A DNA stretch of 63,654 bases, counting the filler, from Reclinomonas americana ATCC 50394 (taxonomy: Eukaryota), in assembly GCA_048213135.1 (NCBI GenBank). It is 8 parts of 4 records of this genome, joined end to end, with 100 filler letters (N's around TTAATTAATTAA, not from the genome) between each part and the next. Parts side by side here need not be neighbours in the genome. Positions count along the whole stretch, not along the records: positions 1 to 18,777 come from PS015075.1; 7 more parts are not named here. The stretch is one strand, 5' to 3'. Positions 1 to 11,112 of the stretch are shown one piece after another; position 1 is the stretch's first letter; each line of letters starts with the position of its first letter. The position numbers were made by a program, and so were the translations under genes. The notes beneath the pieces were generated by a model. The model saw only the letters and a program-made list of their open reading frames with translations, was not told the DNA's origin and ran no database searches.

Positions 1-421
1 TGCGTTGAGTGCCGTGTCGATGGCGAGGCGAGCAGTGTAGGTCTGCAGGCTCCAGTTGGTCTGCGACAGGTTGCTGATGCCGGCAGTGGCCGCATACGGT
101 GTGGCGCTGGCGGCAGCGTTGTTGATGTCGATGAGGTCGCAAGTGGCGACCACCGACGTGTCGATGATGATGGCCTGATCGGCGGCACTGAGCGAGACGC
201 CAGAGAGGCTGTAGAGGACGCGAGCGCCGCGCGGCAGTGTCGACACGCCGGGCTGAGCGAACGGTGCACTCACTGTCACCAGGAGAGAGGAAGGGAGGGA
301 GTGAATGAGTGATGGGAAAGGTATGCAAGAGTGGTGATATCGAAAGGACGCAACATGCAGCAGCGCACGAGATGAGTGCGGCCACAATGGCGCACACGAG
401 GAGCAGGCGCGATGAGGTCAT
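1..421 (-). CDS. 5' part of a secreted/surface protein (signal peptide), runs off the window edge
   Basis: ATG at 421 gives MTSSRLLLVCAIVAALISCAAA (hydrophobic signal peptide). An 82-nt intron 354-273 (T|GTTGCGT...ACAG) follows, then open frame LSAPFAQPGVSTLPRGARVLYSLSG... to base 1. Confidence 0.7.
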   Translation of the reverse strand, partial: MTSSRLLLVCAIVAALISCAAACCVLSISPLLHTFPITHSLPPFLSPGDSECTVRSARRVDTAARRSRPLQPLWRLAQCRRSGHHHRHVGGRHLRPHRHQQRCRQRHTVCGHCRHQQPVADQLEPADLHCSPRHRHGTQR

Positions 422-1384
422 GGTTGTTGCTGTTGTTGTGGTTGTTGATGTGGTTGGTGGTGTTGTGGGGGTGGTTGTCTTGGCTCACCAAGGGATGCGA
501 AAACTGAATGAAAAGAGTGATGACAGTGCGAACGAAGGTCATTCGCGTTTTGATGACAGCAAATGTGTTGGTTGCACAAAGCGGGCCTGCACCGCGCACG
601 TTCTCGCCATCGGTGTGTTCGACGGTGGTAGTTGGCACTGGTCAAGGGTGGTGCAGTGTTGCGTGGTCCCTCTTCCTGCAGCTGCTGTTGTGATGAATGT
701 GCGTGCTGCAAAATCATCATCATCATCACACGAACCGCATCGGATCCGGACACAGGTCCCTTGTCATCACGCACTGTGCATGTGGAGGCACTCTGCCTTG
801 AGTGTCGCTCAGTGGGCAGTCCACACAAGTACATCGCAAGCGCTCACTGGGCACTCCCCGTACGTGCGATCTGAATGCGAAAACAATCAGCGAGTGATCA
901 CGCGCGGCAAACAGAAGTCATCAAAGCGACACACCACTGCGTACATGTGATGCATCCTCGACTCACCTTGACCACCCGGCGGCGCCGACACTCCACCACT
1001 GCGGCCGCAGCAGTGGCACGCAAATGTTTGATGTTGATGACGGCCAATTCGTGTCCGGTCACCAAAAACCGAACACTCATCACACAACAACAACAGCCAG
1101 CTCACGGCGCATCTGCGGCGCCGCGCCGCCAGTGTGCACTGGTGCACGATAATGTTGACATCATATCCTCCGCAGATAGAGCGAGTCATGCAGCGTGCAA
1201 AACACGACACGAACACCGGTTTCCTGAAACACGCACAAACAGAGTTTTACATAACGCACACCTTCTTTCACACCCCCATCCCACTCACCTCCCTTAACCT
1301 CTCCACTGCATCGACGTCGCCCCGGTGTTAGATACATTGATTTCATTCGCCGTCTCCTTTTTCTCTTCCACTCTCCTCCCACTC

Positions 1385-2475
1385 TCATTCTGCATGCACC
1401 ACTGGCTCGTGCTCCATGACTGTCACCGCCGTGGCGTCCTCGGCATCGTCGCAATCCGACCCGTTGCCCGAGTCGGAGGAGCTGGCCGACAGCGCCTTGC
1501 CGGCGGGCATACTGCTGTTGACGGTGGGCGACACCGCGTCGTCGCCCGTCCACGTCACCTCGCGAATGTTGTGAATCTTGGAGAACTCACGTCGAATGAC
1601 CGCCGCCATCTCCTCGGGTGTGCGGAACTGTGAGTAGTTGACCTTGATGACGGGGATCACGGTGGAGATCTCGGTGATGAAGGCCTCGTAGCAGCGGTGC
1701 AAGCCGCGCAGATACTCAATGCTGATGCCGCTCTCGCACTCGCGTTTCCGGGCGTGGATGCGCGCCAGCGACTCCTCCGGGCTCAGATCCAAGTGCACAA
1801 TCACATTCGGCTTCTTCATAAAGTTCGACATGTGGGAGAACAGCGACAAGTACGTGCGGTAGTCGCGCTCCTCCATCAGCCCGCTCTCCGTCAGCATCTG
1901 GAATGGCACAGGGTGAGAAAGAGGGGAGGAAAGGGAGAGAGGGGTGCGAGGGAAAGGAGAGGGAGAGAGAGAGAGACAGAAAGAGAGAGGAAAGAGGGAG
2001 GAATGCGAGAAAAGGGAGAGGGAGAGAAGGAGAGAGCAATGAATGAGGAAGTTGACAGTGAGAGAGTGAGAGAGAGAGAGAGGAAGAGAGAACACAGCGC
2101 CAGAATCAAATGAACACGAGAGCGAGACAGAAAGGCGATAGAGATAGGTAAGCATAAGTAAATAGAGAAAGTAGAGTGCGTCAGAGAGGTGAGCGAAAGC
2201 AAATGAAAGGAGAACGCCAACGGCATCGCCTTTGCGATTGCTCTCTCCTTCTCTCCCTCTCTCTCTCCCCCCTCTTGTCACCTTCGCAAAGATGGCATCC
2301 TCGTAGATGGTGCGATCCTGCACACCACCGCGTCCCGACCAGATGATCTGCTGGTGCTGCTGGAAGCGGCGATTGAGCAGGTAGATTTGGATCGGGAAGG
2401 CGTACTTGCGCATGTCGGCGTAAAAGTCGGCAAGGTACTCGTTGTCGGCGACAGGCTCATGCCACACAGGAAGAC
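1385..2475 (-). CDS. Deoxynucleoside kinase (dNK/dAK-dCK family); N-terminal P-loop exon missing, probably in the gap at 2598-2733
   Basis: Exons 2475-2282 and 1897-1385 encode EPVADNEYLADFYADMRKYAFPIQIYLLNRRFQQHQ, QDRTIYEDAIFAK, KPNVIVHLDLSPEESLARIHARKRECE and YLRGLH, all dNK motifs. Confidence 0.88.
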
Positions 2476-2516
2476 CTGTGCTTGCGGAGAGCACAGAGTG
2501 AGTGAGAATAGAGAGT

Positions 2517-2522
<6 letters not shown>

Positions 2523-2597
<75 letters not shown>
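2523..2597. repeat. (GA)n microsatellite at a gap edge; many similar (GA/CT)n tracts elsewhere
   Basis: Perfect dinucleotide run, intronic, adjacent to an N gap. Confidence 0.95.
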
Positions 2598-2734
2598 NNN
2601 NNNNNNNNNNNNNNNNNNNNNNNNNNNNNNNNNNNNNNNNNNNNNNNNNNNNNNNNNNNNNNNNNNNNNNNNNNNNNNNNNNNNNNNNNNNNNNNNNNNN
2701 NNNNNNNNNNNNNNNNNNNNNNNNNNNNNNNNNN

Positions 2735-2782
<48 letters not shown>

Positions 2783-2964
2783 AGTGAGAGAGAGAGAGTG
2801 AGACAAAGAGAGAGCCTTCTCACTCTTTTTCATCTCCTCCCTCTCCCTCTCTCCTTCTGTCTCTCTTCCCCTCCTGTCTCTCTTTCTCTCTCGACATAAA
2901 CAACGACATGTCTCGCAGATTATATTACTACTTTTTTCTCTTTTCGACAGGGTTGTGGGGGCAA

Positions 2965-5280
2965 CTACGAGAAACTCTCTTGAATGGGCAGGAGGTGCCA
3001 GATGATGCGGCGATTGGTCGAGTCCTCGGCGGTGGTGTACGACGTCACAATGCACTGGCAGTCGATCTCGCGGTGCGACACTTGCGTCATGAAGCGGCCG
3101 CGGAAGGTATTGCGTGACTGCATCAGCTCGTCGGGGATCATCTCCACGTGCGCGGCCACTTGCTCCGGCGGGATAAAGTCGGCAAAGCGCTTGCGGTGAC
3201 CCGGCTTGCCGGCATTCTCCGAGTTCATCGGCGGCAACTCAAAGAGCGTAGCAAATGACGGATTGAAGGTTTCGATGTAGCCACACTCGTACAGCGTCAT
3301 GCACGGCACATTTGACGAGTGCCATGCCAACACCGCAATCTGGGAATGAACACAACGAGGGGAGACATGAGATGAGATGTCACAAGAAGGAGAGAGGGAG
3401 AGAGAGAGAGGGAGGGGGGGGGAGAGGAGAGCACAAGACGCAACATCTTGTTCTAGTTTCTTGGTTTCGGCATAGGCCTGCTCCACCGCTCGGCCCCACA
3501 GTGGCAGCGGTCGGAATCGCGGATCGCGCAGAATGGCGTGTTTCTAGCAAGAGATGCAACAGTGAGCGGGCATACACACAGTGTGATGAGCGTGGGAGAG
3601 AGCACACCTTTTCACACGCCAGCTTCAGCAGCGCCTCGCAGTACAATCGGTGCGTCTCGCTCGGCTCCTTGGTCAGCTTGCGTCGAATATTGTAGGCCTC
3701 CAGCACGCATTTCTTGTACTCCTCGATCGTGCGCATCAGCCGTTCACGGTCCTCCGACTTCAGTTCCAGCACCCATGCAGCAGACTCCTTCACGCCGAGT
3801 CGTTTGCGCGACGCAAACTGCTGGCTTCCGCTACCCGCCCCCGCAGCCGGCGATGACGCAGCAGACTCGAAACCACACGGTGCTGAGAATTCGCCGCCAC
3901 TCGCGGCTGCTGCTGCTGCGGCGGCGGCGGCAGCAGCGGCGGCAGCTGCCGACGACGACGACGCTGACGAGGAGGAAGAGGAGGATGCTGCATCGGCCGC
4001 CGAACCGGAGGCTAATGAGGCGTCCACCGCCGTCACGCCCACCGACACTGTATCGGCGGCCGCCGACGCCATATCGTCGTCGGGTCCGCCGCCATTCATC
4101 AGCAACGCCTCGTGGATGTCGTCCATGCGTTCCAACTCCTCGGCATTGCCAAAGTCGAACAGACCATCCATCACTGGCCAGTCAGAGAAACGCTCGTGGA
4201 AGAGCGCCTCGTCCAACTGACCGGCGACGGCGGCCGCACCAGCAGCAGCACCGGCACCAGCAGGTGACGACGAGGAGAACAGATCGCCGCCGCTGCCACC
4301 CGAGGTGTTGGTGGTGGTGGAGCCGGGTGTGTACGAAGTGGGCGGGTACGAGTCGGGCAGTGGCGGGGCGGGTGACCACGCAGAGTTGGCGGCCGAGGCA
4401 GCAGGCAACGGATACAGTGACGGGTTACTGGGCGGGAACGCGAAGCGGGCGGACAGAGATGATGACGATGCGCCAGTGGGCGGCAGCGGAGTGCCGTTGA
4501 CACCGGCGGCAGCCGCAGCGGCGGCGGCAGCCAACACCGCGGCTCCATTCTCCGCATGTGAATATTGCGAATGCGAAGGTGGTGGCGGCGGCAGCAGCGG
4601 AAGCTGTTGCGGATGTGACATGGGCATCGGCAGCGGTGGTTGCGAGAATGTGCCGGGCGGAGCCGAGGACCCGTCAGAGCCCGCCACAGCGGCCGTGGCG
4701 CGCATCAGGGCGTTGAGGGTTTCGTTGCTCACGCCTGAGCTCGACAGCAGGTGAATGGCTGCAAAATGCGAGTGTGAGATGGAGAGAGCAGAGGAAGGAG
4801 AGATAGAGAGCAAAGAATGCTGACCAGCTCTGACGACAGCATCGGGAACTCCAAATGCTCCGACCGGCTGCTGCGCACGACCGGCGGCCGACGAACCAGA
4901 GTGCGACAACGCCGAGGCACCAGCAGCAGCAGCACTGCCGCCGGCACCGAGAGCCTCGGATGGGTCCGTGTCCACGCAGTCAATGTTCATGCGCTTGCAT
5001 CGGGGGCAAGGTCGCTCGTCAGCGCAGGAGAGGTGAGATTTCTGAGGGGGAGGGGTGAGAAAGAGGTGGGGAGAAGGAGGGAGAAGGATGCACTTACCCT
5101 GCAGTGCAGACACGCGCGCTTGACCTGCTTCCTCCTCTTCTTCTGCGGCCCCGCATCGTCGCCATTGCCATTGGCATGCGAGTGGTACGCGTGGCCATCT
5201 TCGTGGTGGTGATTGTGTTGATGATGATTGTGTGGAGGCGGGGAGTCTTCCTCGCGTCGGTGCTTGCCAGTGTGCTCCAT
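2965..5280 (-). CDS. Zn(II)2Cys6 binuclear-cluster transcription factor with C-terminal PAS-like domain (5 exons)
   Basis: Splicing 5097-5042 joins KKRRKQVKRACLHCR|KSHLSCADERPCPRCKRMNIDC (six Cys, zinc-cluster spacing, basic NLS). The last exon has VPCMTLYECGYIETFNPSFATLFEL...RFADFIPPE (PAS-like). The linker is Ala/Ser/Pro low-complexity. Confidence 0.82.
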
Positions 5281-6006
5281 GATCAAGACAACGCGATCTC
5301 TGCGTGAGGGAGATAGAGGGGAGAGTGAGTGAGTGGAGGGAGAAGAGAGAGAGTGTGTGTGTGAGAGAGAGAGAGTGCGTGAGTGAGTGCGTGAGACTGT
5401 CTCAGTGACCAAGGCGAAGGATAAGTGGACGCCTACGTCGCCTAAAGCGACGCCTACGAGAGTGCGACACTGATGCACTTACTCCCAGTCTCTCTCTCCC
5501 ACACACACACACAACACAAGTGATGCAGCAACTGTGGAGGCGTGCGTGAGGCAGCACTTGCACGAAGCACTGGCGAGAATGCACTCTTGTGCTGCTGCTG
5601 CAGTTGTTGCTCACTCTCTGTCATATTCAAATGCGCAACTCAAACAAAGGAGTGCTCGGAGGAACGGGCTCCGATAGGGGAAATGAGGGCGCGGAGGTGT
5701 GTGCGCGGAGGTGGCCCGAAAGAAAGCCGCGTTGTATGTGCGCACTTGCTGCGCGAATGTGGACTCGAACACGTTGATTGATCTCGGAGTTGCGCGATCG
5801 GGACTCCGAGGGTCCGCGAGCATCAGAGCACCGTAGACCGTAGACGGAAATAGTTGCCGCGCCGATGCTCGTGCGAAGGCTGTGAGACTCGGGAATAGTG
5901 CGAGAGGAAGCTGGAATGCGATGTTGGCGATTCTGTGATGAGGATCCAGATTTGGATCCATGTGCACCATCAACACAAACACGTTTTCTTTTGTGAAACA
6001 ACAAAT

Positions 6007-6211
6007 AAAACAAGACACTTCGTGCACCACATTCCAATAACGTGACCAACAATGGCCTTGGTACACCAACAAGACACACAATCTCCTCTCCAACAGCAAA
6101 GCCAATCAAACGCGTGTTGGCCTCAAGTGGGTTTCGGATGCTGAACTCGTTGAAGCTGGGTGCTGCAGTATACGTAGCGACGCGATGATTCCAATTGCCC
6201 TGAGGCTGCGG
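6007..6211 (-). repeat. Dispersed repeat, copy 1 (diverged copy at 58769-59040, opposite orientation)
   Basis: Shares blocks such as CCGCAGCCTCAGGGCAA, CATCGCGTCGCTAC, CCCAGCTTCAACGA, TTGAGGCCAACACGCGTTTGATTGGCTTTGC and TTATTGGAATGTGGTG with copy 2. Confidence 0.85.
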
Positions 6212-6815
6212 GTGGGAGATTGTTAGCTTGGCTCTGGTTGAGCCACCACAGCGAAAAGCGAACGTCGCGTGCGCAGCAACTGTCCACGTCTTGGCGCAGC
6301 TGGCCGCTCTCAATGCCCATCCTCTTCAACGACGCCCGGGTAAAGTCTGTGCACAGGTTCCAACTTGGGTGACAACAATTGGCACGTTACGTTACCACGC
6401 CACTCCAGTGTGCGTTCGGCACAATTCGCCAGCTTGCGCAGTGCCTCCTCGCCCTTCGGGTGCGCCACGGTGAGCTCCACAACCAGCCCTTTCGTCACCT
6501 GTGCCACCTGCACCTGCACGACCACAGAAGCTTCTGCATGCGCCCATCAGTTCGCGGTACTTCAGCAGCCGGCTCCAGCGAGCTCTTCTTCTCGTCTTGT
6601 CAACAGCAACAACAACAACAACGACGACACTCAGACGGCCTCACCTTCCCTCTCCCCTCGATCTCCCTCCCCTCCCTCCCCCCTTACCGCACACGTGCGA
6701 ATGATTTATTCATGTTACATATATTCCTACCCTCCCTCCCGCGCCCTCCCTCTCTCCCTCCCACCCACTCCATCTACCCCGCGCCATTTCTACATACATC
6801 CCGGTCGCTCGCTCC

Positions 6816-8012
6816 TCAGACGAGGGGCGTCAGGTGGAGAATGAGAACTCGATCAATCTCGTTGGCGGTGAGTGCGGAATTGGGTGAGGGAGCGACCACG
6901 GGTGGCACGGTGGCTGGCGTGTCGCCGGGTTTCGCCGGTAATGGCGGCAGGGCGCGGAAGGAGGAGGCATTGAAGACGCAATCGACGATGCGTCGAGTGC
7001 GATAGGTGATGAGGCGCTTGCGGTGCGGGATAATCACGCGGCCAATCATGAACTCGGCAATCATCTTCAGGTGCGTGGGAATGTCCTCGGGGGCCACAAA
7101 CGTGCGAAACACCATGCGATCACGCATAATCTCCTCGCGCGAGATCTCCAGCAGCTCACACAACGCGCGGTTGCAGGCCAGAATCTCGCCCGGATTCGTC
7201 GACGACACGAGACACACCGGCAGATTCACCGCCGAGTACAACATGAGCGCCACCTGCAGCCGCCGCCACCATCCAATCAGCTTCTGCACAACCGCACAGA
7301 CATTCCCGCACACGCAAACGCACCTGCCGATCGAGCGCCGTGGCCATGGCATCGGCCGCCGTCACATGCTCGCCCCAACACGATCCACCCAGCCGCATCA
7401 CCAACGACTCCGCCGGCGACACATACACCGCAGCCGCATTCGCCATGCGATCCATCGACCCGCGCAACGCCAGCTGCTGCTGCTGCTGCTGCTGCGACTC
7501 CAACAAGTGCTGCTCCGCTCCCAGTGCCGGTACTGGTGCATGCTCCGACCATCCCATCACCGGCACCATGGGCGGTGCAACAGCAGCTGCCGCATTTGCC
7601 GCCGCTGCTGCTGCTGCTGCTGCTGCTGCGGCCGCGGCTGCAGCTGCGATTGCCGATGAGGGCACAGGCGGGGGTCGCAACAGAGGAACTGCACTAGTGG
7701 CCGCCACCGCTGCGGTCGACGGCTGCGGTGGTTGCGGTGGTGGTCCAGGCTGCTGCTGCTGATCGCGCGCACGTGCGTACACATAAGCCCGCTGAGCACA
7801 GGGAGAGAGAAAAGAGAGAGAACGAGAGATACCTCCACAGTCTCATCGCCACCACCATCGTCCTCCTCTCTTGAGCGCTTGCCCGTGACCGACCTCGCGT
7901 GCCCGTTGCTGTTGTGCTCCTCTCCGCGCAGTGACGTGTACAGCGGTGCATTATCAGCTCGTTTGCGCGTGGGTGGCGGGGTCAAGTGCGACTGCACCCA
8001 GTGCAGTGTCAT
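6816..8012 (-). CDS. PAS-domain protein with Ala/Gln/Pro-rich N-terminus (3 exons; start uncertain)
   Basis: The last exon (after intron 7323-7254) reads LYSAVNLPVCLVSSTNPGEILACNRALCELLEISREEIMRDRMVFRTFVAPED, a typical PAS fold start. It lies in tandem with the Zn-cluster/PAS gene. Confidence 0.65.
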
Positions 8013-10027
8013 TGGAACGTCGACGCACTCTGTATGACAGTGAGTGACGTGAGAGAAAGAGTTGTGTGCGTGTCTCTCGTGCGTACCGTGTCCGTGTGCC
8101 ACACAGCGGTGACAAGGGCGTTCGTCAGAGCACGATAAGTGCGAGGCCTATGGCGTGTGTGCGAGTGAGAGTGAGTGTGAGTAAGTGTTGGGCATGCGCA
8201 TAAACACGCGTTTGTGTGACGCAACTCGGCAATGTGCGCATGCTTTCCGTGCTTGGCGCGACCGCTTCTGCGGTGGCGGCTGGTCATCAGAAGAGGCGGA
8301 GCTCATCGATGTGTGTCGTGAGTGTTGCGCGTCTGCGTGTGCGTCACAGAAACTTGCGAAACAGGACGGTGTTCGAATAATGGGTGAGGTGGTTGTGAAG
8401 TTGGGCGAGTGGTGCGTGGAGTGCAGTGTGCGCGCGCGTGCACTGGGTGTGATAGATAGGATCGGAGGTTTTGGGCGAGCGACGGATTTGGCAGGCGAAT
8501 TGGTGTGGTGAGCGTCCGCGCGGACGTCGACCCCCGGAGACTCCGGAATGGGGGGTCGCTGGTGTCGGGAGGTGCTTGCGTAAGCGAGTGGGAGTGAGCG
8601 TTCCCCTCACGGCAGATTCTCTGCTTCCGTGAGTGGACGGAAAAAAAGATCGTGGAGTGTGCGAAGACCAATTAGAAGGGGGGATCGACTCGCTCTTTGT
8701 GGGCGGATAGGTGCTGGCCCATGGCGGCGGTGGTGGTCAGCATGCGAGTGTGCACGGGCGGCATCTCGAACGGGCAGTGTGCGAAGGGCTGATCGCGATC
8801 CGGTGCGCAGCGTGTTCGAATTCACCGGTCATTCGAGGCTGACGCGCGCTCGGCAGGCGACTCCAGCTGGTGCTGTTGCAAGGGATTCTCTCGGAAAACC
8901 CAACCACAGACAAGGGATCGCAGCGATATCAATGCGATCCTGAACACATTGGTTTTCGCTTCGAGTTCTGCATGCTCGTTCCCCGCAATCGCAAACAAAT
9001 GTCACACGTGCAGACTGCAGTGCTCCGAGGTGCATGGTGCCGTGCCCTTGACCCTTGGTCATCAAGACAGCTGTTGCTTGTTTGTTGGTGAATGAATTTG
9101 TTGTTGGCACTCCGAAAAGCACGTACGACGACGGCAGCAGTTCGTTCGCATGCGCAAGAAGGCAACTGCGATCAAGTCCGAGCGTGTGCAACTGCAGAAC
9201 CTGAACACGGATGCCATTCCTTACCCCAGCGGCAGGTTGCTTGTGAATGCATTCGCTCTCGTAGCTTCGACGAGTCGGTGGAGGGCGATCTGCTTTGCAA
9301 TCGCATCGCTGCGGATTCGGAATTCGAATTCGAAAAATATCATGATCCGCAGGGGCTTGCACTTGCAGAATGGTACGTGCGGGCCGTCCGCTCATTCACA
9401 TGTTGCCAGTCTGTGGCATTCTTCCGTGCTTCGCGCTTCGAATTCGCCGGCAAATTTGCAATACCGTTAAAACGGTCATCAAATCGCCCTCGTCTTTCTC
9501 TCGCCTCCTCCTCCGATCGCCGTGCTTGGCGCAGCGCGTACACGACCATCGCAAACAGGTCGTTTCTCCATGCCTGTCTCAAAGAAGAACGAATTCGAAC
9601 ACATGTGATCTTGCATCACCTCTCGCCGTCCATTCACCACCTGCTTCCCGCACCACCCGATCAGCCAACGAGCGAGCCCACCAGCTGCAGCCGATGCGTT
9701 TGTCTCTGCTTGCAACGTCGATTGGTCACGTGTCCGATGGATCGACAGCCCAACCGCTTTTTTCTGATCGTCACCGCGAAGAGTGTGTGCGTGTGCGTGC
9801 GTGCGTGTGTCTTTGTGCACACTCGCCCCCCTCCACACACACACAACACACTAGACTAGAAAAAAGAAAGACAGTCAGAACAGAGAGAGTGATTGAGAAA
9901 GAGAAAAAAGCGCGCGCGCGCAAGAGAAGAGTGAGCCGCCATGACGCACGTTTTGTGCCCATTGACGGCACATAGCGCGCAGGCGACGAAAATGCTTGCA
10001 GTCTCCACTAGTCGACGAGGAGATCGC

Positions 10028-10845
10028 ATGGAAAAGAGAAAAAGCAGTCACGTATCATTGTCATCATCATCATTCATGGTGACTTTGATGATGGTGGTGT
10101 TGTTGTCGGTTCAATTGGTGTCGGCGACAACGTGTGGGCCGAACTGTGCGGCCGGCACGTACTTTGATGCGACGAGTGGGGCGTGTGTCACGTGTCCGTC
10201 GGGTCACTAGTTGCGTTGGGAGGGGGGAAGGGTTGTGTACTTAGACACAGAGAGACAGGCAGGCGATGAAGGGAGAGAGAGAGAGAGAGAGAGTGTGTGT
10301 GTGTGTATGTGTGTGAGGGGAGAGAGAGAGAGAGAGAAGATGATGAGAGACTAGTCTTGGCTGAAAAAACGACCCAGACAGAGTCACGCACACACACATA
10401 CACACACACGCGCACACACAACCGAGAGAGAGGGATGCACCCAAGTCGTCGCAACTAACGACTTTAGGCGCGACATATCTGTCTCGTAGTTTCATTAACT
10501 TTCTCTCTCACTCTCTCACTCATACATACACACACACAAAAACAGAGAGAAGGAGAATGAGCTGGGGGTGAAGGAGCGTTCAATCTCTGTATCACATGGG
10601 CAATCGATCGAGCGCAGAAGTTCTACTGCTGACGCACTGACACGGCGCTTGTGCGGCCAGAGCCCTTCTCTCTCTTGCTTCTTGTTTCATGCATCCTTCT
10701 CTTTCTTGCGGTGTCTCTCTGTGTGTGGTTGTTGCCCTCCACGCACTTCCACTTGCTCGTGATCCCTCAGTGAATGAGAGAGAGCAACGAAAGTGATGTA
10801 AGAGCCTGTTTGCACTGCCTGAATCACCGAGCAGCAGCGCTCTTG

Positions 10846-10878
<33 letters not shown>

Positions 10879-11048
10879 GNNNNNNNNNNNNNNNNNNNNN
10901 NNNNNNNNNNNNNNNNNNNNNNNNNNNNNNNNNNNNNNNNTACGTACGTACGTAGTAGAGAGAGAGACGAACGAAACGTAAGTAGTAGTAGTAAGTACGT
11001 CGTTCGTTCGTACTACGTCCGTCGTACGTACTACCGACGACGACGACG

Positions 11049-11112
<64 letters not shown>

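Noticed and set aside
1385-2475. Viral origin of the deoxynucleoside kinase
   Set aside because: It has host-type introns and no viral hallmark genes nearby; the family is common in protists.
8500-9700. Unexplained intergenic DNA with several TTCGAATTCG-like palindromes and faint resemblance to 49890-50560
   Set aside because: No convincing ORF, terminal repeats or co-linear alignment; the similarity is too weak to call by eye.
10941-11052. TACGTACG/GTAGTA/CGACGA-rich stretches (also 30955-31029, 31805-31891, 42885-42912)
   Set aside because: They occur only at gap edges beside microsatellites and resemble TACG flow-order noise from pyrosequencing read ends.
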